Shown here: in pieces, positions 22,936 to 34,454 of the stretch | How positions within the stretch are numbered: position 1 is the stretch's first letter | Layout of the letters: the number at the start of each line of letters is the position of its first letter | Assembly: GCF_001194135.2 (NCBI RefSeq) | Contig: NC_068988.1 | Location: forward strand, 81,737,872-81,779,921 | Source: Octopus bimaculoides | Taxonomy: Eukaryota | Length of the DNA: 42,050 bases | Reading direction: 5' to 3' | Translations under genes and position numbers: made by a program | The notes under the pieces: generated by a model | Told to the model about the DNA's origin: nothing | The model's input: the letters and a program-made list of their open reading frames with translations, nothing else | Database searches by the model: none

Positions 22936-23672
22936 TTTTCTCTCTTGCACACAACATCTGATGCCTCTTATACCATTTTCCCCTTAAATCATTTACACTC
23001 TGTCATGTGTGCATGATGACATTATCCATCCAGCAGAGCACGCTAGCTTCATTTCTTCCAAGCCTTTGCAAGTCCTCTGTAGTCATAGCCCATGTTTCAC
23101 TACCATGTACCATAGCTGTACTTACACAGGCATCATACACCTTCACTCTTGGGAAGAGACCCTTAGTTACTAACAAAGGTAGAAGCTCTCTGAACTTTGC
23201 CCACCCCGTTCTTATTCTAGCAATTATGCTTTCAGAACTTCCTCTTCAACAGCTAACTTGGTTGCCTAGGTAACAGAAGCTATGTACTACGTCTGATGGT
23301 CATCCCAAACATTTGAGGAAGTTTATTGTCTGCACATTTTTAGTGCTTATTGTACCCTCACATTTGTCACACACAAAGACTATTTTCTCAGTTAACCTTT
23401 CTGTGATGCCACTACACCTCTTCTGTGTCCAAAGCTTGTACTGGGTACAACATATGGAATTTCTACAAACACCCTTCCTATACATCAAGCAGGGCCATCT
23501 CCCTGTAAGGACCTGTGATTTGTCTGCTTTCCTACTTATTAAAACTTTGGCCTTTGCTACATTAACTCTAAGGCCTTTAGATTCCAAGCCTTGATTCCAC
23601 ACCTGAAATTTATTCTTTAGGTCAAGTAGTGATTCCGCTATAAGAACATGGTCATCAGCATAAAGGAGTTCC
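22936..23672 (-). mobile_element. Second, diverged RTE LINE fragment (RT C-terminal half), tail-to-tail with the first
   Basis: Minus strand ELLYADDHVLIAES, VWNQGLESKGLRVNVAKAKVL and WPC..RKGVCRNSICC. Confidence 0.9.
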
Positions 23673-23690
23673 CTCTGTTATGGCCTGGAA

Positions 23691-23691
<1 letters not shown>

Positions 23692-23740
<49 letters not shown>

Positions 23741-23760
23741 CTCTCTCTCTCTCTCTCTCT
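23692..23760. repeat. (CT)n microsatellite
   Basis: Directly visible. Also (GT)n at 32942-33008 and (CT)n at 34345-34386. Confidence 0.95.
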
Positions 23761-23858
23761 AAGGCGTAGATAGAAACTCTATAAGATGTACCCAGTGTAA
23801 GCTATGGACACATAAGAGGTGCAGCAATATCAAAGGAAGGCTAATAAGGAAGACAAGG
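23761..23858 (+). mobile_element. Short RTE fragment (Cys/His region) between microsatellites
   Basis: GVDRNSIRCTQCKLWTHKRCSNIKGRL, homologous to 22385-22470. Confidence 0.75.
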
Positions 23859-24129
23859 AAATTCTTTAACACATGTATGCATATATATATATATGTATGC
23901 ATGCATGTGTTTGTGTATGTATGTATGTATGTATGTATGTATGTATGTATGTATCTACTGTGTTGTAATAATTCAACAAGTAGAGTAGCACTCAATCAGC
24001 TGAAAGAGTAAAGGCATTATTATGATGAAAACTGCAAGTCTTGTGAAATACTGCTGCCCAGGGTTTCCTGTTTGAAATGTTAATCTTTTTGCCATTTATT
24101 AAGCTGATAGAAACAAGACGGTTTGTCAG

Positions 24130-24645
24130 CTGTGTTCAAAGCAGTTGACATTTGAATGGGAATGCCCATAAAGACAGAAAGAAATGCAGAGAGAAAAAAC
24201 ATAGGTGGGACATAAAAGAAAAATCTCATTTCTGGAATTTACACAGGTGAAGTTTTTCGAGTGAACATATTGAACATCTTTTTGACACATTAATATAAGG
24301 TTTGGTCTTGGAAAAGATTTTCCATTTACTATCATATTTACTATTTTTGTCTTTAAGTTTCCAGATTGATGCAAAGAGGATTGTTGTATGTCAAATCTTA
24401 TGGTGCCTGAAGGTCAAAAGATTGTAGTCATATCTGGATTTAAATTTTCTTCCACTGATCCAGTATAATGTTTAATCTCTGTCAGCCTTTGCATCATTTG
24501 CTGAAACTTAAGCATTATCAACAATGGAAGATATCACATACCTGCCCTAGAGAACATTTAGGTTTATCTCTGCAAATGCAGCCAGTGCAGGTTTGAGTCA
24601 TCAGTTGCTTATTGATATAGGTTTTTACATTAAGGGGACAAAAAA
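24130..24645 (-). mobile_element. Decayed GIY-YIG endonuclease region of a second PLE family
   Basis: Frameshifted minus translation: CICRDKPKC, IVDNA, HYTG, KFKSRY, IWKLKDKN..KWKIFSKTKPYINVSKRCSICSLEKL, NSRNEIF. Confidence 0.75.
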
Positions 24646-25319
24646 AGTCAGGGCTCTGAGCTGGCCAATCTTTCAACATGGTAACACCTTCATCAGCCAG
24701 ACACTATTGTGTTGCACTTGATCTGTGACATGGAGCTCCATCATGCTGGCTGATGAAGGTGTTACCATATTGAAAGGTTGGCCAGCTCAGAGCCCCGACT
24801 TAAATATCATCAAGCAAATGTGGACAGAACTAAAAGAAGAGATCGTCAGAAGAATCCATGCAATGTTGAAAAGTTGTGGGAACTCAGCCACAGAGAATGA
24901 CATCTCATAGCTGTGAAGATAGTAATGGATTGGTACGCATCTCTTCCCAGCTGCATTGAAGCAATTATTCAATCTAAGGGAAGCCACATGAATTATTAAC
25001 AATGTACAGTAACTTCTTGAAATGAACATTAAGTAATAAATTTTCATTATAGACATTTTTCTGTTTTAAAACACTGTGTCATGATTGGTTTATGTGAGGT
25101 GGCTGTAAACTTTTCCATTGCCATTTTCGGTGGTTGTCTCATATCTTCCGCTCTCATTCAGAACTCCTACTACAATATATAATGATTAAGTATGGAAATG
25201 ACTCCAACAGAGCAAATGTTTCATCTGTAAAAATGCAATGTGAAACATCCACTTATAAGTTGGCAGTTAGTAGAAATTTACAATAGTTCAAAGCAGCTGA
25301 AGACTTTTGCACAGTACTG
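24646..25319 (+). mobile_element. Tc1-like transposon 3' part with local inverted duplication
   Basis: WPAQSPDLNIIKQMW on plus; HDGAPCH on minus at 24725-24745; terminal TIR GACTTTTGCACAGTACTG followed by TA at 25320. Confidence 0.8.
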
Positions 25320-26234
25320 TATATATATATAGTAAAATTTCTCTATGTATTGTATAGGCAGCAAATACATATATTTTTCTGAAAAATATAATCTCAACGC
25401 AATGATTTTTCTTTATTTGCTCTTTTCATAAGACTTTATTTTATTCACCTTCTCATAAAGGCATATTTCTTTTTTAAAAATATTTAAAAAATTTTTTTAC
25501 TACACTGTTCGACAACGCCTTTTAATCCAATTGTAATTCTAAATGTCTCTGTATATATCTTTATACAGCTATACTTTTATACATCTATACTTTTATAACT
25601 TAATTTCATTTGTCTATTTATATATGTAAATAACATTTTTCATATATTCATGTATTCATAGGTTTTTAATGTTTTAATATTTTAATGATTGAGACATTTG
25701 TATATTTAAAAACTAATATACATTGATCCATGGCGAAATATATGTTTATATAAATTGTTGAACNNNNNNNNNNNNNNNNNNNNNNNNNNNNNNNNNNNNN
25801 NNNNNNNNNNNNNNNNNNNNNNNNNNNNNNNNNNNNNNNNNNNNNNNNNNNNNNNNNNNNNNNNNNNNNNNNNNNNNNNNNNNNNATATATCCCCTTAAC
25901 ATTTTATATATATATATTATATATAAATATATATATATATATTTATACATACATACATATATAAATAAGGATTTGATCTTTCTGTGAAGAACTTTGGGTT
26001 AATGTCTTCTTCAGTGGCCTCAGGAGATTGACCAATACATAGTGAGTGGAATTTGGTAGATGGAAACTATGCAAATCCTGCTGTATGTGCATGTGTATGT
26101 GTCTGTGATTAATGTGTATGTGGGTGGCTGTATGTGTTTATATATGGGTGTGAGCATGTATGTGTATATATATATGTATATATGTGCATATAAGTGTGTG
26201 TATGCATGTGTATGAAAAAAATAATCAAAGATCC

Positions 26235-26436
26235 TTCTCATAGGGCTAGTTTTATCCACATGGATAGGGTGCCAGTCCATCAAAGGATTACTTACTTTTG
26301 CCATCAATGTGAACTGGAGCAATGTGAAAGGGAATGTTTTGCCCAAGAGCATAATGCAGTGCTTAGTCAAGGAATTGAAACCACAATCATATGATCATAA
26401 GTGCAGCACCCTAACTACCACAACACATGCCTCCAC
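26235..26436 (-). mobile_element. Degenerate tRNA-derived SINE
   Basis: Reverse complement has a GTGGAGGCATGTG head and GGTTTCAATTCC B-box; same family as 2835-3169. Confidence 0.6.
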
Positions 26437-26962
26437 ATGTGTGTATATATGTGCGTGTGTGTTTGTGTGTATAAGTATGTTTGTGCGTGTGCATTTATAT
26501 TTGATGATGATGCTGAACTTAGTAAGAAGAGATTCATAAAATAAGTCCAAGCATAAAATAAGTAGCAGTATCAATATGATTGGCTAAAACAATTCTTGAA
26601 GATGGTGCCCCAACATGGCCACAGTTCAGTGACTGAAACCACTAAAGGAATACTAGAATAAATATCTAAATCAAAAAGATTAAACAAAATATCCTGACAA
26701 TAAATCATTTCAACTTGATTGCTTTCATATATATATATATATATATTTTCACTCATTAGTCTGCGGCCATACTGGGGCACCTCCTTGAAAAATTTTTAGT
26801 TGAATGAATTGAACCCAGTACTTATTTCATTTTTCAATTCTAGTGCTTATTCTATTGGTCTTTTTTGCCAAACCACTAAGTTACAGGGACGTAAACACAC
26901 CAACATTGGTTGTCAAGTGGTGGTGTGGGACAAATACAGACATACACACACACACACACACA

Positions 26963-27120
26963 ACAGGCTTCTTTCAGTTTCCATATACCAAATACACTCA
27001 CAAGGCTTTTCTCAGCCCAAGGCTATAGTAGAAGACACTTGCCCAAGGTGCAATGGAGTGGGAGTGAACCTAGAACCTTGTGGTTGGGAAGCAGAATTCT
27101 TATGACACAGCCATGCCTGC
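26963..27120 (-). mobile_element. CORE-type SINE
   Basis: Reverse complement contains GCACCTTGGGCAAGTGTCTTCTACTATAGCC. Other copies at 37894-38050 (+) and a fragment at 25995-26085. Confidence 0.75.
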
Positions 27121-27157
<37 letters not shown>

Positions 27158-27924
27158 NNNNNNNNNNNNNNNNNNNNNNNNNNNNNNNNNNNNNNNNNNN
27201 NNNNNNNNNNNNNNNNNNNNNNNNNNNNNNNNNNNNNNNNNNNNNNNNNNNNNNNNNNNNNNNNNNNNNNNNNNNNNNNNNNNNNNNNNNNNNNNNNNNN
27301 NNNNNNNNNNNNNNNNNNNNNNNNNNNNNNNNNNNNNNNNNNNNNNNNNNNNNNNNNNNNNNNNNNNNNNNNNNNNNNNNNNNNNNNNNNNNNNNNNNNN
27401 NNNNNNNNNNNNNNNNNNNNNNNNNNNNNNNNNNNNNNNNNNNNNNNNNNNNNNNNNNNNNNNNNNNNNNNNNNNNNNNNNNNNNNNNNNNNNNNNNNNN
27501 NNNNNNNNNNNNNNNNNNNNNNNNNNNNNNNNNNNNNNNNNNNNNNNNNNNNNNNNNNNNNNNNNNNNNNNNNNNNNNNNNNNNNNNNNNNNNNNNNNNN
27601 NNNNNNNNNNNNNNNNNNNNNNNNNNNNNNNNNNNNNNNNNNNNNNNNNNNNNNNNNNNNNNNNNNNNNNNNNNNNNNNNNNNNNNNNNNNNNNNNNNNN
27701 NNNNNNNNNNNNNNNNNNNNNNNNNNNNNNNNNNNNNNNNNNNNNNNNNNNNNNNNNNNNNNNNNNNNNNNNNNNNNNNNNNNNNNNNNNNNNNNNNNNN
27801 NNNNNNNNNNNNNNNNNNNNNNNNNNNNNNNNNNNNNNNNNNNNNNNNNNNNNNNNNNNNNNNNNNNNNNNNNNNNNNNNNNNNNNCAGCGGTACTGGAA
27901 ATTAATAGTTATCACCAAGCCAAC

Positions 27925-28243
27925 ATGGCAGTCCCAAAATTAGGACGAAAGCTGCCGTGAATTAGCTCCAAGAAGCCATCGCCTCTAGCTAGCTATGTGA
28001 CACACGAAACCTGTGTCCTTTATAACCTTCGAACAGGGGAGGTCAGCAGTGTCCCCCTGCTGGTTTGGCATCTGCAGACTAGTTTCAGGGTGTTGCCCCT
28101 TGTCAATGCAGAGCAGCCAAGCCCCAGCCAGGCGGCGCTGCTGACTATCTGCTCGAAGGTTATTTATCTAATTTCAGTGGAATCTATCCACTGGTTTTCA
28201 GAAATAGAGTTATTAATATTTCTAAGTCTCTCTAAAGGAGACT
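27925..28243. other. Unassigned, highly self-complementary segment (structured RNA or ssDNA element terminus)
   Basis: Hairpins at 27925-27958, 27999-28017, 28022-28164 (rod), 28175-28193 and 28225-28243. Confidence 0.6.
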
Positions 28244-28318
28244 ACTATATATATTTGCCAACCCAGCATGGAAGATGGACATTAAATGATAACAATGATG
28301 ATGATGATGAGATATATA

Positions 28319-28531
28319 TGAAGGGGTGCTGGAAAGTTCCTGGCTTTTAGAGTATCACAAATGGCCTGGTTGGAGGCCCAACCTTCCAAGTTCTTTTGTG
28401 GGGCTTAGAAAACAGAAGAACTGCTGCAATAAGTCTGTGAATCTGAGAGAGAAATATGTTGAATAAAATTATAAACTGATCACCCTGTGTTTTCTTTTAT
28501 CCAAAGCCAGGAACTTTTCGGTACCCCCTCA
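28319..28531 (+). mobile_element. Mariner-derived MITE, same family as 17475-17694
   Basis: TIRs ..GTGCTGGAAAGTTCCTGGC and GCCAGGAACTTTTCGGTACCCCCTCA; shared internal GGCCTGGTTGGAGGC and GTGAATCTGAGAG. Confidence 0.85.
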
Positions 28532-29748
28532 CAAACACACACACACACACACACACAAACACACATGCACACACACACACACACGCACATACATCACAGA
28601 ATGTCAAAGTTGTCCAAAGTAACATTCTCAGAGCTCGTGTAATTTTTTTGTATTTAATTCCCCTCTCACAGTCATCTTCAACCTTTAATTCAACACTTTT
28701 GTTCCACTTAACTTATTCACCAAATTCATTTCATATCAGATGAAATTTTGGTTTTCAGCCATCGTCACAGTTCCTTTGTACCCAGTCTTTGTTGTACATT
28801 AACAATTGCACACCCAAGAATCTATATTTAATATCTTTAATCCATTATTATCCTTTTATAACAAATGCTGTTATGTATTTAATGTCTATATATAATTGAC
28901 ATACAGTCAGTTAAACACGCACCTTGCCTCATTTATTCTGGCTTTCCTTCAAAGTGATAAGTCCAATAGATGTTGAGACTATTTCATGTTCATTGATCCA
29001 TTTCAAACCTTAGCAGCTATATTTTGATAGGCAGAAAATTGGCTGAGATAGAGCACCAGACATAATTCTTTGCAGTATTTGTTCCAAAAACTCTCAGGTC
29101 AATTCCTGCCAAAGTCAACCATATCTTCCAGCTTTACAGATTGATAAAAAGTACTAATCCAAGGTGGTGAGTTGGCACAACAACAATGTTGGACCAGTTT
29201 CTTTGTGGTATTTGTTCTTGTTCTTTGTGTTCTGAGTTCAAATCCTGCCATGGTCTATTAGGGTGGCAGACTTAATCCATCACCCAGATTAACATCACTA
29301 CCCACTTAGCTTCTTGGGTGACTTTAACAAACATTCAGGTCAGATTTCCAGATAGAGGATATCTTCTGACTTCCCTCCCTCACACTAAATCTATCTCAGA
29401 GACTCTGTGAAAAGTTATGGGGTACAGCATCTACTGCATGAATAAAATATAAAAATAGAAATATTTGAATTCCCCTTTTTTAATCTCCAAACCAATTATG
29501 CTACATTTATGACCAGATTTATCTCTTACGTCCAGTTCACTGTCTGACAATTCCCTAACTTTTATATAATGATTCTTTCCACTCCCCAGAATTTGATAGA
29601 TATATAACCGCAAGACAGGAGCATTTAAATATTTCTCAAGTTAAGTAATATGTATGTATGTATGTATGTGTGCAAGAAAAAAAACAATTAGTTTTAAATC
29701 TCTGAGTGAGAAATAAGTAGTAACAGTACTACAGAGTAAAGTCTATTT

Positions 29749-30074
29749 GCCAATGTAAAGTGGCAGTCCTGATCAGGACAATGTTACTACTTTTTTTAAC
29801 CCCACGAAAACATCTTTTCCAGATGGTTATCAATGCACAACTGTGTCCTTATACCTCGAACGAGGGACCTAATGTCCCCACTCTGCCTTAAATGGTACCT
29901 TCAGACCAATGGTTTCTGGGTTATTTCTCTTCATCAGCACAGGATAACCATTGGCTAGAGAAGGCAGCACTAGACTTTGTTCAAGGTATAAGGGCACAGT
30001 TGGAAAAGATGTTTTCCTGGGGCTAAAAAAAGGTAGTAACATCGTCCTGATCAGGACAGCCACTTTACATTGGC
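29749..30074. mobile_element. Long-TIR MITE/foldback element, right end in gap
   Basis: Arms 29749-29861 and 29979-30074 are inverted (left arm has an ~18-nt insertion). Each holds the palindrome GTCCTGATCAGGAC. Confidence 0.75.
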
Positions 30075-30254
30075 NNNNNNNNNNNNNNNNNNNNNNNNNN
30101 NNNNNNNNNNNNNNNNNNNNNNNNNNNNNNNNNNNNNNNNNNNNNNNNNNNNNNNNNNNNNNNNNNNNNNNNNNNNNNNNNNNNNNNNNNNNNNNNNNNN
30201 NNNNNNNNNNNNNNNNNNNNNNNNNNNNATATATATATATATATAAAAGAAGGC

Positions 30255-30476
30255 TAAGATGGCTAGCTGACAGAATCATAAGTGCACAGGACAAAATGCT
30301 TAGTGGCATTTCTTCTCTCTTTATGTTCTTAGTTGAAATCTTGCCAAGGTTGACTTTGCTTTTCATCCTTTCAGGGTTGATAAAACAAGTATCAGTGAAG
30401 TACTGGAGGTCAATGAAATAGACTGCCCACCTCCCTTCAAAACTTCAGGACTTGTGTGTATAGTAGAAAGGATATA
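30255..30476 (+). mobile_element. Meta-type SINE
   Basis: CCAAGGTTGACTTTGCTTTTCATCCTTTCAGGGTTGATAAAACAAGTATCAG. More decayed heads at 29030-29255. Confidence 0.7.
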
Positions 30477-32820
30477 ACTTATATTGAGGGATTATCAATC
30501 CAGGCAAAATACTTCATAAACTCTCTGTTGGCACACAAGGCTAACAATACTATTTAGATTAGTGAAGAACTCCAGGTATTCTTATGGCAAGGTCTAGGTT
30601 ATGTTTCATCGCAATTCTATATTGTAAATCCATGGATGGGCTCCAGACACTGAGTGATGTATAAAACTGACCCATTTTCCATTACATTTCAGACAGATTC
30701 AGTGCTGAGTTGCTGAAGCAGAAATATCATTATAGCAAGTATTCTGCTCAATACCACAGACTTGTTTATCAGTTGCGTGACCATAGCCACTTGAGCATGT
30801 CCCTTAGTGGTTGACAATATATGCATCTCTGATCATGAGCAGGAGTAGTGGGAGAGCATCACAGCTATGTATTGAGAAGGATTCTTTGGGGTTTGAGTAA
30901 GTATAACAAAAGCAAAGTTTGAAGGAAAATATTAGCCATCTATTGTATTTTCTAGGAGTAAGCAAACAGGAAATAACAATTGCTACCCAAGGACAAAAAT
31001 CATGTCAGCATAATGACTGTGGGAAATTAAAGCATTTTGACATAATTATGTTTGGATTAAAAGAAGTACTGGATCATCAGTTGACAGAAAACCAGTAGTG
31101 AGTATACTGACAGTTGTAGCTGTCTAGAGAAGCAGAGAGTGGATTGTTTGAGATGAAGATTAGATGGAGTGAATGATGGTTTGAAAGTTAAGGACATGGT
31201 AGATGTGAGACAAAATGAGAAATGAAGAGGAATGTAGACAAGTAGAGTTTGAGATATACTAAAGAAGAATGACTTTTTACTTTACACAGTATAGTATAAC
31301 ACTGAATACAATATAGTATAACACTTTAAAGAATATAATGTAACACTTCAGTAATGTTATACTAAATGTATAAAACTGTGTTGCTAGGTTACAGAGTTTT
31401 CAAGAAATACAGTAGTTGACATAAGAACAGCAGTTACAGCGGCTGCCAATTTAAACTGACTACATCTATAGAGTTAGAAGTGTGCTATATTTCTAATGAG
31501 ACAAGTTTTGTATTCCTTAGAATGAACATTTGAATGTTTCAGGATGTGGATAAGTAAGAATTAACGAACTCACAACAAGTATGACATGCAGGATTTTGAA
31601 AAGAAAAGATGAAAGAACAAAAGAAAAAAACAAAAAATAGTCGATTGCAGTGTATGTATTAAGTGACAGGAAGCTGTGTAGAATAAATTATTAGAGAACA
31701 ATTGGAAGATACAAAGTAAAAGAAGAAATTGAATCTGTACATGTATATTACTTAAGGTCTTGATAAATAACTTGGGCTTGAAGAAAAGCTTGGTCAAGGA
31801 TAGAAGATTTTGGAAACAAACTACATACCACTCCAGATTTATAAAGAAATCAAATTAGATTTGATGTTGACTTAACAAAGCTGTCTTACCTATGTTGGCC
31901 ACAGTGAAGTTATATCAATCAAGGTGCATACATATCTTCTCAATACCATGATAACTTCGAAAAGATTTCTTTTATAGAAGTCTAAAGGTGTAGTCATTGG
32001 AAAATAATAATTGCAAATACTATAATAAATTGTCAATTGTTAAAGCATGAGTCAAGTTTATATGTATAGATTAATTTACACTAAAGAACTGTAATATAGA
32101 TGTGGTTTTCTATTATTAGGTTCAATACTAGACTAATTCTCAAATGAAATTATTTTTGCTATTATGTAATCACAATAACCAAATGTCAGTTTAATATTGT
32201 CAATAAATATTAGAGATTTCAGTAATTAGATTTGCTGCTATTGCTGCTGTTTATTGATCATTTTATTTTTTATGAAATCCATTTATGAATTAACATAATC
32301 TGCGAGGGAGAAGGAGAGAGGGAGGAGGGAGAAGGGAGAGAGAACTGTGTACTGGGTAGTTGTTGCTCCCATTATTGTTGAAGTTACAGTATACTGGTCA
32401 ATTTTGATTCCACAAACCTTTGACATGCTATTGTAACAGTTCAAGAATGTGGAAATACCTTCCAACACCACCACCACCACCACCACCACCATCACCATGC
32501 ACTCAACATGATCCAGTTTACAGAACACTCATATAAATGAACTAACCTGAAAGCTGTTAAGTGGTCACTAGACCTGTTAGAAATAGCAACCAAATTTCTC
32601 TCACATCACAACCTATCATCTTTAGAAAAGTAAAGGACACATAGTTGTAAAATATATATAGTCTTGTGGTTTAGAAGTTTGCTTTGCTACCATATCCTTT
32701 CAGGTTCAGTTTCACTGTACAATATGTTGAACAAGTGATTTTTGCTGTAGTTCTGGGGACCAACCAAAGCCTTGTGAGTGGCTTTGGTAAACAGAACCTG
32801 AAAATAAGTCCATCACATAA

Positions 32821-32857
<37 letters not shown>

Positions 32858-32938
32858 ATAATCTGACTCAACAAATTCTATATAACCCATTCAAACATGG
32901 AAAAGTGTATGTTTAAATGATAACTATGATGATACACA

Positions 32939-33008
<70 letters not shown>

Positions 33009-33124
33009 NNNNNNNNNNTGCATTTTCAACTCATATTTTTCCTATATATATATATAGGAAAAAGAATGCAAATGGGACAAGAATGCAAAACATCCTGACA
33101 GTTAGGTGATACAAAAAAGGGACA

Positions 33125-33564
33125 ACAAAACATCCAGACAGACAATACAAAGAAAACAAAGACGTGTCATTCAGAGTTTTCTGTCCTCAGTTGAATTCTA
33201 GATTATCTTTGCAATTTCGGCTGGTTATACTTGAGATTGGTCCAATCTGGCCAGCTCCAAAGGAAAACTAAGCTAAGAGTATTAGCTTCCTTGGAAGAAA
33301 GCAGCAACTGTTTACGAAAACAAGGACGGAAAAAAAACGGAGAAATGTGTTACACAAATACAAATGCAATTAACAGGACATAACAACAGGTGTCTTTCGA
33401 CTAAGGACAAATGAAATTAAGCTGGCGGGTGTGGAAGTAAAGCCTTATGGCAGGGACATAAGATTTAACAAGCACAGGGCGGAATATAGATGTTGCACGG
33501 ATGGTAGTCGAATCAAGCAAGAAAGGTCAGGCCTGGCCAAATTTACACTTTGGTCTCTTATATC

Positions 33565-33625
<61 letters not shown>

Positions 33626-34277
33626 AAATTTTGTACGACTCTATTATTCTTTTTATTCTTTCATTCTTTCCTTCTTTCTATCAGCCCTTTCACACTCTTC
33701 GTTCTTTCGTTCCCCCTCATTCACATTTCCTGGCCTTCTCTTCATGCTCACTTTCCCTCCTCTTTCACTTCACTGCGTCTGTTTTATTTTTTTCCTCGCA
33801 CCTCCTTAATTCTTCTATCCCTCTGCCTCTACCTCTCTCTCTTTTCTCCCCACGTGACAGGTGTTCGGCCAGGCCTGACCTTTCTTTCTTGGTTCGACTA
33901 CCATTTGTACAACATCTATATTCCTCCCTGTACTTGTTAAATCTTATGTCCTTGCTGTAAGGCTTTACTTCCACACACGCCAGTTTAATTTAATTCGTCC
34001 TTAGTCAAAAGACACCTGTTGTTATGTCCTGTTAATTGCATTTGTATTTGTGTAACATTTCTCTGTTTTTTTCGTCCTTGTTTTCGTATACATTCTCTGC
34101 TTTCTTCCAAGGAATCTAATGCTCTTGGCTTAGTTTTTTCCTTGGGGCTGGCCAGATTGGAGCAATCTTGAGTATTACCAGCCGAAATTGCAAAGATAAT
34201 CTGGAACTCAACTGAGGATAGAAAACTCTGAATGATCCGTCTTTGTTTTCTTTGTATTGTCTGTCTGGATGTTTTGT
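33125..34277. repeat. Inverted pair of an unassigned ~410-bp interspersed repeat
   Basis: 33125-33538 is the reverse-complement homologue of 33867-34277 (e.g. GAAAGGTCAGGCCTGGCC vs GGCCAGGCCTGACCTTTC). The spacer holds (TA)n and a pyrimidine-rich tract. Confidence 0.85.
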
Positions 34278-34346
34278 GTTCTTGTTCCATTTTTGTGTTT
34301 TTTCTGTATTTTTTATATATAAAATATAGCGGCGTACGTACATTGT

Positions 34347-34454
<108 letters not shown>

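Noticed and set aside
27931-27951. GTCC..GGAC-GAAAG as a hammerhead stem II
   Set aside because: No CUGANGA upstream and no NUH/stem III; the order of helices also does not fit an HDV-like fold.
34209-34245. CTGAGGA..TGAATGATCCGTC hammerhead-like motif in the inverted repeat arms
   Set aside because: GAAA core reads GAAT, and stems I and II are inconsistent between the two copies.
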